From: Blastocystis sp. Blastoise
Lineage: Eukaryota; Protista; Bigyra: Opalinata
Direction of reading: 5' to 3'
NCBI GenBank assembly: GCA_039096225.1
Contig: JBBPEB010000009.1
Location: 1,240,001 to 1,304,000 of the forward strand
Length of the DNA: 64,000 bases
A program made the position numbers and the translations under genes. The stretch's first letter is position 1. Each line of letters opens with the position of its first letter. The notes under the pieces were generated by a model. The model saw only the letters and a program-made list of their open reading frames with translations, made no database searches and was not told the DNA's origin. Of this stretch, positions 53,039 through 64,000 are shown in pieces.

Positions 53039-55253
53039 ATTTAATCTATATACCTTTAACTTCAATTGAGATAGAGAAAGATACTGTTATAGGTGAAGTA
53101 GAAGTGATTGTATATTGAGTAAGAGGACTTAAGGCAATAGGCTAAATAAATAATCAGATACAGTATATCAATAGAAAGAAAAATTAATTAATTATAAAAA
53201 CAAATACAGTTCCTGAAATAGCGCCTGTTTGAGAATTAAATGTGAGTCCCGCGGGGAGATTGGGTTGAATAGTAATTTGTGAATATCCTGAGTAGACAGG
53301 AGTGACTGATGGAATATGAATATAATTAGTAAAAGAATAGGAAGATTGTGGATATTCAAAAGGAGTATAAGGTTCATTACAAACATAGAGATAGAACTCA
53401 TATATAGAGAGAGTCGATGTATCCATTCCTTCTATAGATGAGATATCATTTTATAAGGATGAATAATAAATAAAATTAAATAAAACAGATATAATAATAA
53501 ATAAAATACATATATTAATAAAGAAAACTGATATATTAACAAATAAAATAGATATAATACTAAATAAAACAAATATATAATAAATAAAACAAATATATAA
53601 TAAATAAAACAGATATCTAATAATAAATAAAAGTGAATAATAAAATAGATTGATCTATATATAATAAATTATTTATACCAGTGATCACTAGTTGATAATC
53701 ATGAGCTATAAGAGTGTTACTAAATAAAGTATAATCTACAAATACATAAGTAGATGTATTAGGATCCTCTACATGATCTATAGGAAGGAGGGCAGAGCGG
53801 GGGTCGACGCGGGCACTGAGGGTCCATTTCTTTGGACTTTCCTTACTACGAGAAATTGGAGGGAAACCATACATATTGGAGTTAATAAATCTATAATAAT
53901 ATGTAAAAGGATAGGAGTATATATAATATAATATATATATACGTTTTATAAGGAAGTGTGATATTGATGACAGCGGGAAGTGTAGAGAGAGTCGTCTTCC
54001 AGTAGGTACTAGAGATGAAATCAAACATATTATCCAGGGGATATGTATCTACAGCAGGAGAAGAGGACGAATATGTAGGCGAATAAAGTACTGAAGAACA
54101 AGCTATTACAATATTAAAGGAATTAAAGGAACATATATATATCAAACAATAAAGAAAGATTATAGGTAGTTTAAATATATATATATATATATATAACATA
54201 CTAGGTGAATAAGTAGCTGAGTTAAGAGAGATATAGAAATCAATATATTTAGTAGAGGAAATTGAAGTTAAAAAGATAGAAATAAGATTATTTGATTCCA
54301 AAAGAGATGCAGGAAGAATTAATCTAATATATATATATATATATATATTAAACTCATATATAATAAAAATATATACTTGTAATAATCGTTGTCGTCAAAA
54401 TCATCACTATATATACATATACATATAAAGAATAAGTAGATTTAACTTACAATGCACTATTATAGTCCCAAACTTTCTTATCGTTAATATATACTTGAAT
54501 AGTACCTGAAAAGAGAAGACCTAACGTGAATCCTGACAATGTATTGACTGTATCTATTGAGAATGATCTTCTATAATACTGACTAGTAAGTGTAGAAGGA
54601 GCTACGGCACTACCCAATACAGATGTCCATGTAGAATCATCATACGATTTCTTATACCAATCACTTGTAGAGATAGTATTTATATACTTATATTGACTAC
54701 CAGAACTAATGGAATCACTTACTAGAGAAGAAGAAGAATCATAGAATAATATTTTAACTATTTTTTATTTCTATATACAATAAAAAGTATAATTATGTTG
54801 TCTCGCATATTTATATGCAACTTGAATAACTAAATCAGAGTGAGAATTGAAAATCGAAACAGAATCAGCGGCTTCACCAGTAACAGATTTTCTAAATAAA
54901 AATAATAAAAATAATAATTATGATCAATTTCAAATATAGATACGGAATATATAATTCTAAGACATATTCTAATTTGGTATTTCTTGGAATGCATATTTCC
55001 ATAGTAATATTTTCTCCTTGATTAGCAACAAGACCTTCGTATACTTTAATTCCAGAAGAAGTCTCCATATCATATATTCTCCAATATTCTTCTAATTTGA
55101 ACCCACACTTATGTATAGCTCTTAGGTAAATATCAGTACTATTACACTCAATAGCAAAAACTAGCAACCATTACTCTAATAAACATATATTAACATACCA
55201 TTGCAAATAAAAAGAGCTGAAAACAAAAATAAATAATATTTTGCTAACAACAT
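48114..55253 (-). CDS. Large type-I membrane surface protein with putative Ig (He_PIG) repeats and carbohydrate-binding-like modules, many exons
   Basis: Signal peptide MLLAKYYLFLFSALFIC; three LP.G.T....G.I.G Ig-like repeats; three DW...(F/Y).D..W modules; Cys-rich membrane-proximal repeats; TM segment ILLGSVAIIIICVIYILI followed by KRK. All traced introns are GT-AG and in frame. Confidence 0.85.
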
Positions 55254-57846
55254 TATTTAATCTAGGTAAATATAGCAATATTTTATAATAAATATAGAAT
55301 TGTTCATATCGCTTTTCTCCAAAGTTTATAATTGTTCTACATGACTTTGTGATTCGATTATTTTAAAAATATCGTTGTCGTTTCTGAATAACCGTGATTG
55401 TTAAAAAAGAATTCGGTGAATCGATGACAGTATTATCATTCATCAAACATCATCCAATCAATTTATTCATTGAGAATTTTCAGGAAATTTCTCATGATCT
55501 TTGTTATTTTATTCTTTATTCATCAATTCTATAAACAACTTTAAAGATATAACTATATTATAAATTAAAAGAAGATATTTCAAAATTAAGTCATAACCAA
55601 ACATGAACTGAGAATGAAAAGATTGGAAGGTTAGAAATGTATAATTTAAATGATAACATTTAACTTATGTATATCGATATTTCAAACATTTTTTAATATA
55701 TTCTTACAAATATGAGCTAATATATATATTCTAAAATCAATAAACAAAGACAAAAGAATCATTATACTATTTTTCTTTGCTTTTTTTTTGATTTCACTTT
55801 AAACATACATAAAATTTCTTTATTTATTGATTATATTTATCAATATAATCATTAATCATTTGCTTTGAATAGATTTTTGTAATAAAGATTATCGTTTCCT
55901 GTAGATTAGCGACTTATCTTCTAAATAACTAAATAATCTGTATAATTAAGATATTGTTTACTAAGGATGAACTTGGAATACAGAAATTAAAATCAATTCT
56001 ATATTAAAAGAAATGAAATACGACTTCTAATGAATGAACTAAAATATGTGCTATATTATTTCTTAATAATACTAACGAAATTTATTATTTGGCTTGAATA
56101 TATAATAGGAGTTAATAACATTCATTCACAATAAATATTGACTTATCAACCAAGTCTTTCAAACAATATACTCTTTGTTTTAGTATTATGCATCACTTTT
56201 TCAATAGTGTACTGTATAATTTCTTTATTCTTATTCCACATACCAAAAATAAAATCTACTTTTTGCATTATATTCATTGATCATTCTTAATTATTTTTAA
56301 TATATAAATAACACATTATATATATTTATAATAACCTTTCTTTAAACGAATGCACCTATACCTAACTTTAAAATGTTTCTATTTATCTTAGTTAAGATTT
56401 CTTATCAAGAATACAATAATATATTTAAAATCAATACTATATACATTTTAAACGTTATTCATAAATATTTTTTTTATTTTTTCTTCGTTTTCAAGATGAA
56501 TTTATTGTTAAATTATTTCGATCTTCTTGATTAGTATCCTTGATATATTCTAGAACGTTCTTACATTTTGTTTTCTTATCTTCATTGTATTATATGTAAT
56601 TAATGAATATCTATTTATAAAGACCTTAGAAAAATATATACCCTAGTACTATATAAAAAGAAACGAAAAGAAAGCATAAAAAAGCTTCAATTATTATATA
56701 TATGTTACTATATGTATATTATTAATTTTATTGATATATGATATTTATAATTATCAATTTCATTGTTATTAGTCTATTTAGTATTTTTAATACTGGTAAC
56801 ATTTGACAATTACAAATAATTGACAAGTTATTTGACATTAGAATTATTATTTCAATTCTTGAACTATATGTCTATTACATATATTTTTCAATCATTTCGA
56901 GAAGTTTTACACTATTCTGTCTATCAAGTCAATAAGAAAATGTACCAAGAACATATATCATTTTTAGGTCATAGACAACTAAGAAAAATATTCTATTAAC
57001 TCTAGAAACAAATACAGAGCAACCCATCTTTACATTCTTTTTAATTTTAGATTTCCACACTTGTTGCAATATCGCATAACAAGCTCTGATTTCATTTAGA
57101 AAATTATAATCAATTTTTAACACTGTGAAAAACATGTTTATGATATCAAACATCGATTCTTTAAGAATCATTCACATATTCTATCCTATATAACCTTACA
57201 TTGTCCAGAAAAAATTATTGTTTTAAAACAATAAAAAAAACTTAATGAAATTAGATTTATTCAAAAAGTATAGTTCAAATAATTGAACACACTAGAATGA
57301 TGCACAAACAAGTAAAAGTAAATAGCTTAAAATCAAAAAAATTGATTATTGTGATTAGTTGTACAAAAAAAATATAATATCAATTATAAAAAGAATCATA
57401 GATCAATCGAAATAATTATAATCAAATGGAAGCAAAATAATACAACGAAAATGATTAATGTAAATCTTCTGAAAATACAATCAATCTCGAATATTATTAT
57501 CAAACTCAAATAATTAAGTTAACCCAATTGATTCATATCAAACTCAAACAATAGATATTTTTTGGATAAAACGAGTTTGATAAAGAAAAAAACAACATTT
57601 GATTTGATTTCAATCAAATTGATTGATATATAAAAACGATTATAACATATAAAATGAAAAAACAAAGAATTTTGTAAATATGATTGAAATCATTCAAAGT
57701 CAAATACATAAAATAATTTGTTTACCATTATCAAAAACAAAACACATAAATATTTATATAAATATTATAAAGTATAAAAATAAAATATATAAAACATATT
57801 AAAATGAACAAGTGAAATGATAAAAATAAATAAAATAAATGAAATA

Positions 57847-59042
57847 CTAATTAACAGGACCAGAAAGAATTGAATCTTGACTGTCATTCCAAAAAGTAGA
57901 AGGAATAACAGGAGAAGAAGATCTACTTCTAGGAATATTCATATATAATCCCATATTTCTTAAATATCGATGTTGAGCTTCTAAATGATTTTGAGATTGT
58001 CTTCGATTTGCTTGTTTCATTTCATTAAGAAATGCTTTATAAATTACAGACTCAATTTCTCTTAATGGACTACTTTCAATCGTTGAATTTGTTAAATAAA
58101 CTAATCCTTTTATATAATCATAATATGTATCCTGTTTCATTTCGAATCTTTGTGAACAAATCAAAAATTTCTTTGTTAATCTTCCAAAATAATTTTCTAC
58201 TAATAATCGATGTTTATTGAATGTTTTATTAATAGAATTTGAAGAAATATTTTGAGAATTATTATTATTATTATTTCTGAAACAGAAGAAATAGAATTAG
58301 AATTAGAATTAGAATTATTATTATTTCGATTAATTTGAGAATCATTTATCGATATTTGATTAGAAGAAATATTTTGAGAGTTATTATTAGTTCGAGAAGT
58401 AGAAATTGAAAAATGATTTGATCCAGGAGATGTTAATAATTCATCTCCACCTCCAACATATCCTTCATCAGTTAATATATATAATTCTTCATTACTACTA
58501 TTATTATCTTCTCCATATTTATCATCAATCATATTTCTTAAATCATTTATTATCACATTTCTATATGTTCGATACATTATTACATCATGAGAAGAAGCAG
58601 GATGTCCAGGACTAACATAAACACAATATCCATTATGATTAATAATAAATTGAGAATTCAATGCAGTTTTCTTGTGTTTATAAGAATAAAGTTTTTTAAT
58701 GATTATTCCATTATTAGAAATATTTCCAAATAATTGATGTCTTCCATCAATCACAAATGTAGAATTCAATACTTTAGGAAGAGAAGAAAGTATTCTTAAA
58801 TCAATTCGATCTAATTTCATATTCAATTTAGGAACATCAAAATTTGATGAAAATTCATTGAAACACATTCCAATTGAATGAATCCCTCTTCTAAGAGCTG
58901 TATGAATTTTTGATAATTTGATATGAAATTGAGTAGCTAATTTATTTCCAGAAATTGCTAATCTATACGACATAAGAGTAAAAAATATAGCTTGATTCGC
59001 AGGAAGTATTGTTGATGAGCACATTCCATAATGTTGAAGAGC
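57847..59042 (-). pseudogene. PIF/Harbinger (DDE_Tnp_4, HARBI1-like) transposase, frameshifted, 5' exon missing or displaced
   Basis: VIDGRHQ, YSYKHKKTALNSQ, PASSHD, TDEGY, RLLVENYFGRL. A frameshift lies in an Asn/Ser-rich insert near 58270. A splice acceptor (tttcatag) sits at about 59043. Confidence 0.8.
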
Positions 59043-59099
59043 TATGAAAAAAAATATTTAATATATATTTAATATTATTAATTAGAGCGGTTCAAAAGT

Positions 59100-59280
59100 T
59101 GCAACAAATCGAGTTGCGACAAATTTCACAACTTGTCGCAACTTGTCGCAACTTGTCGCAACTTTTTTTACCCCGAGTATATCGAGAGTCCCGCGATTAT
59201 TTTATTAATTTGGCAACTAAAAAAGACTTGTTTAAAAAAAGAATTCAGTGTCGCAATTTGTCACAACTTTGTCACAACTT
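59100..59280. repeat. Subterminal TTGTCGCAAC-type repeats of the hAT element
   Basis: ACTTGTCGCA x3 in tandem plus inverted and degenerate copies; echoed at 61957-61987. Confidence 0.85.
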
Positions 59281-59690
59281 TTCATTTAAACATATATAGA
59301 CCTATTTTACATTTATATAAAATATGATAATTTATGAAATTCATAGTGGTGAATATAATAAGCATCAAGAATTATTTAAATACTTAATTCAAACAAAAAA
59401 AAAACATTAAAAATACTTTTCAAAAAATCATGAATATTTTTTTTACAGTCAAAAAAATGAAATATTCACGGGACATTATTAATTTTCAGTCATTTTAAAA
59501 CGTGTAAATAAATGAAAGAAATCATCTCATTTTCATTAATTTATATTTCTATATAAATCGTTCTTTCAATATAGATTCATTCATCTATTCATAAAGTCTT
59601 CTTTAATACTCATTTCTATCAATAAATATATCATTCTAAGAATCAAAAGAAGTATATATATGTATTCATCATTCTTAATTATCTTTAGAT

Positions 59691-61858
59691 ATGGTTAAAA
59701 AAACAATGAAACAATCTAATAATCATAAAGTGAAAAGAAAAGAAAAGAAGAAGTCTTCATCTACTAAGAAAAGTGAGAATGTTAGAACGAGAATCTACAA
59801 AATGAATCCAATAAGTCGTTTAACAAAAATAAAATTATCATCCACTATGAATGAAGAAGAAAAGAAATGTTTTATATCAAAGAATAATAATCTTCGTTGT
59901 ATTTATTGTAATTGTATTGTAGATCATAAAAGATTATCTTCTATTAATAAGCATCTCAATACTGATATGCATATTTCTAATATGAATTCATTCATGAAAG
60001 AAAAGTCTTCTACTGTATCTTCTGTAAAGAAAACTAATATTAAAAATAGAATTATTGAATCTAATGTGAATTATATAAGATTTGAAAAATTAATAGAATT
60101 ATTTCTGGAAGAATGTATTCCTATTAATAAATTTAAGAAACCTCAATTTAGAATGAAATTGAAAAATATATTTGAAATGAATAATAATAATATGCCATGT
60201 TATAATACTATTCAAAAACGAATTATTCCTAAATTGTATGATGAACGTCTTCAATATGTAAAAATGAGTTTAGAAAAATGTCCTCTAGCTGTTCTATGTG
60301 ATTCTTCTACCTCAGATGCTGGTTCTAATTATTTATCAATAATCGTAAGAAGATTGAATTCTTTCAATTTGAATGAACCTTTCTACTTAATAAACTTGAA
60401 AAGAATGGAAAATCAAAAATCGAATAATTATCTTTCTATCATTCAAGATACATTAGAAGAATGGAATATTAAAAGAAAGCAATTCAAATCGTTTCACACA
60501 GATAACTGTAATACTATGCGAAATGCTGGTAATAATTATGAATCGATTTTTAGTGATGGAATTTATTGTGGATGTTTTATGCATATGATTAATCTAGTAG
60601 CTGAAAAACTAAAAGATGGTTTTATTAATACTAAATCATTTATTAATCTGATTAATTCATCATTTCGTTTCTTTAGAAAGAAAAATGATTTATGGTTATC
60701 CTTTCTTAATATAAATAATCTTCCTTCGTCTTCTTTCTTTTCTTATGTTGAAACACGATGGATATCTTGGTATAAATCATTAAGATATATTTTGAAACAT
60801 TTTAAATATTTGAAATCATTCTATGAATATTTAGAAACATTGGATATGTTAAGTGAAAAAGATAAAGAAATATTGAATATTCTTCAAAATAATCAATTAT
60901 CTTCTTCTTTACATATCGAAATGTCGATTCTCTTGAAAAGTGGGATAATGTTTAAAGAAATATTAAAATTATTATCCAATGATAATTTTCAATGTTGTAA
61001 TGTTTCTAGTTTGATAGATGGAATTGAAGAATTCAAAAGATAATATAATTATGATAGTGAATGAAATATGTGAAGAAAATAATTTATCAAATGTTCAATC
61101 TTCATTTATTCAAGAATATAAGAAAAGTATATTTATTATTTATTATTAATTTATATTTTATAGGTTTTACGAATACATTATTAAAATTGAAAGAAATCAA
61201 AACAATGAATAAGAAACAAATGATATTTTATAATGAAGTAAAATATTTCAATCTTTTCTTGATGTCTTCTTCATTTCCTTCTTTTACTTTATCTGAATTT
61301 TTAGATATAGAAAAGAAAGATTATTTATTATGTGTTTCAAAATTGAAAGATTTTATAGATAATGAGAAGAAATAAAATGAATGTTTTCCTCAAAATATGA
61401 TAAGTAAAGAACAAATGATAAAATTATATTTTCCTCTTCTTAAACAAATTCCTACTATTTTAAAAGTAATTCCTTTCATTCTTCAATTACCTTCTACTAC
61501 TGTTAGTGTAGAAAGATCTTTCTCTTTTATGAATATTTTATTTACAAAGAAGAAATTTGGTTATTCTGATGAAAATTTGTTTAGAGATTTATTTTTCTAT
61601 ATGAATCCACAAACAGATACCATTTCAATTCAAAATGATTCAATGATTATTGAAGATGAAATAGATACTACAATTAATGATTCTTCGATGACAATTGTAG
61701 ATGATAATGAAATATTATCAAATGAAAGTGAAAATGAAGAAAAAAATACAAATTTCAATTCAAATAGTGTTTTATCTGATTCTCTTGATGATATTTTATC
61801 AATTTCTTTTGATAATTTATCTACTTTTAGTAATGTTTCAGAGATCAATCTTGACTAA
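59691..61858 (+). pseudogene. hAT transposase (BED/CGGBP-like Zn finger, DDE core, C-terminal dimerisation motif), disrupted
   Basis: CIYC..H....H, VLCDSST, FHTDN, CFMH, ETRWISW, VSVERSFS. It has a +1 frameshift in the A run near 61035, an intron at about 61128-61163 and an in-frame TAA at 61373-61375. Confidence 0.85.
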
Positions 61859-63290
61859 ATTTTTTCTTTATTAATTTATAATTTGTATTTTATATGCTTT
61901 ATTTATGTTTTCTTTATTAAAAAATTGTTTTGTTTGTTAAAATAAACATTTAAAAATTGTCGCAACTTTCACAACATGTCGCAACTTTTGAACTACTCTA
62001 TATAGAAATGAATATTTAGAAAATAAATGATTATAACAAATATATTTTCAAATTAGTTAATCATTTTTCTAAGATGTCAAAACATCTCATTGTCATATTT
62101 TGAATTGTTTTTGCCAATATAATATGAAAATGTATATCAAAGAAATATGAATGAAAGTTTATAAAAGTGGCAGTTAAAAATATATATACCTATATAAATC
62201 AACTAATAATATAGAGTGATTCATTGTGTCATTAAAGAGAGCATTATTATTACCTTTACTCCTTTCTTACATCCTGAACAAAATTAATCCACTATACAAC
62301 CACAAAAAATTCAATCCCAAAATAATATATATTTTGCAGTGTTATTTATATATAATGGATTCAGTTAAGTTAATTAAGACTGAAAGTGAAAGTAACATAT
62401 TGTTATGACAACTGTCATACAAGTGAGGGAAGAATCTAATATATTTTTTTTCTATTAATTAAAATATACGTTGATATTATATATTATAAATATAAATTTA
62501 ACAATAAAAAGTTGTCAATACTTTTCAATATATCATGTAAAAAGAATAAAGGCTTTATTAAACTCCTATTTCATAAACAATTATATTTAAGTTGTTGTAA
62601 TATGAGTGATGACTAATAATGAAATATGAAGGTAATAAGAAGATATAAATATATAATAATTCTGGTTTCTATAGAAGACATAATATTAAATTAGTAACAT
62701 AAGTTTGAAACACATAAAGTCATGATAATCATATATATCAAAAATTTCATTTTTTAAATAATGTTTTTGAACGAATTTTGTAAATGAATGATTTTCTACT
62801 GTTGTTTTTGAAATAAAATGACGAAAAATCAGTATGTAAAGACTTCATTGATTGTATAAAAAAATATTTATCGAAAAATATTAGGGTATTAAAAAGGAAA
62901 AAGAAGCAATCATTATATTCTATCGAAAATGAAGATAAAGATGTTGCTTAATTTTATACTGAGATGTCTATAAGATCAATACTCAGGATACTATACAATA
63001 TGACGATATAATTACAAAGTGATTGATCTATTATGTAATTTTCTGAAGTTTTAATAGAATATTTTGAATATATCCATAGTTTTAATGATTAAAATACAAT
63101 AATAACCGTAAAAAAGCAGTAATTGATTCGATTATAAGTATAAAAAAATTATCACTTTTTTTTTCAGTTTAAGGATAGGATTTTATCTTTATTTATGTAT
63201 TTTTAATAAAGGATATTGCAAATAATGAGCGACATACACCATATAATTTTTATATTTTCCATAAAAACTGATGAATAGTCAAATAAGTTT

Positions 63291-64000
63291 TTTAAGTTTG
63301 TCATTTCTTTGTTGTTTCTTATATATGCGTAGGTTCTTCTCAATTAATTAAGGACAAATTTCAATTAATTTCAACTCGTGAGCTTCGAATAGATGAAATA
63401 AAAATTCTTGAAAGGAATGGCAATCATGGTAAGCTTTATGTTGTTTCAATATATATTAAATGAATTTATAGTTGAGAATAATGATTGGAGAACGGTTCGA
63501 ATAATTGATGATGGAGAAATTGATGATTCATTTCTTAATTATGTTGTTGGGAATACTTTTTTTGGTGATATAGTTTTTGGTATATATAGATTTATAATGT
63601 ATGAAATCATTATATATATTTCTGTAGGATGCTTTCAAGGTGAATCAGTATATAATACAGTTTCAATTCATAATGGTTTATATAACAATACAATTTCCAA
63701 TTCAATGATATCTAAGCATTGTCTTATTCTAAATAATTCTATGATTTCATCGTCCTTAATTGACGATTTCTCTATACTTGCGAATAATACGCTTATTTCT
63801 GGATTACGTATATGAATATAAATATGAATATTATTTATACTTCTCAATATGAATAATAATTTAATAATATTATAATTTGTATTTCTATATAAATAAATAG
63901 CACATTGTTCATTTGGAAATGGAACGAGATTGAATCTTGGTAATGAAACTGGAGGAATAGATGTTATTCTCTATGTATATAGTATTCTTGTGACTATAAG
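63291..64000 (+). CDS. DUF4954-family protein (left-handed beta-helix-like), 5' part, multi-exon
   Basis: RELRIDEIKILERNGNH..DWRTVRI, NTFFGDIVFG, GLYNNTISNSMI, SFGNG..LNLGNETGG.DV match my recollection of the DUF4954 N-terminus. The start codon is uncertain. Confidence 0.65.

Larger units (their letters stand above)
59083..62000 (+). mobile_element. hAT-superfamily DNA transposon (2918 bp) with 24-bp imperfect TIRs
   Basis: Left TIR TAGAGCGGTTCAAAAGTTGCAACA; right TIR (reverse complement) TAGAGTAGTTCAAAAGTTGCGACA; 21/24 identical. Subterminal TGTCGCAA repeats at both ends. No matching 8-bp TSD. Confidence 0.9.

Noticed and set aside
54758-54778. Possible 21-nt ultra-short intron in the Ig-repeat gene
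   Set aside because: A same-frame acceptor with a good pyrimidine tract (TTCTTCTCTAG) further downstream gives a more ordinary intron of about 57 nt.
55254-57840. Long AT-rich gap including ORF 56929-57171
   Set aside because: No recognisable coding motif, RNA structure or pairable TIR.
59130-59165. ACTTGTCGCA repeats as a CRISPR-like array
   Set aside because: No spacers; these are subterminal repeats of the hAT element.
61373-61375. In-frame TAA in the hAT ORF as evidence of stop-codon reassignment
   Set aside because: Conserved host genes show no internal TAA/TAG and use them as stops, so simple decay is more likely.
62040-62110. MTMRCFDILEK* on the minus strand as the displaced Harbinger first exon
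   Set aside because: Weak resemblance only, with an in-frame stop, no good donor and no TSD linking the flanks.

Overview
Very AT-rich (roughly 20-25% GC by eye), intron-dense eukaryotic nuclear DNA in the standard code. The organism is probably an anaerobic stramenopile of the Blastocystis group. This is an inference from the PNO fusion enzyme, the TGTTTGTT 3' elements and the large Ig-repeat surface protein. I rebuilt the spliced genes by hand: POLE (partial), QTRT2, CDC50/LEM3, a PhnP-like metallo-beta-lactamase, nucleoredoxin, a PH-PH-TBC protein, a sphingomyelin/IPC synthase, a Kelch protein, a BAR-like+GOLD protein, a divergent PP2A B56, pyruvate:NADP+ oxidoreductase, EF-1beta, a GET2/CAML-like membrane protein, AMMECR1, SNW1/SKIP, a large type-I Ig-repeat surface protein and a partial DUF4954 gene. 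There is also a tRNA-Val(GAC), a decayed PIF/Harbinger transposase, and a hAT element lying just upstream of that transposase's main exon. Most small ORFs in the supplied track are microsatellite intron read-through. The most notable observations are: (1) a dispersed GC-rich motif YCRCGGK (core CCGCGG/CCACGG), 27 copies by my manual count on both strands and in different reading frames, yet absent from the comparatively GC-rich PNO gene; (2) two U12-type ATATCC introns that seem to end in AA and AT, plus a GT-AA intron in SNW1; (3) a G34 Val tRNA, unusual for a eukaryote; (4) (TA)n tracts at both ends of many introns that could pair and bridge the splice sites.
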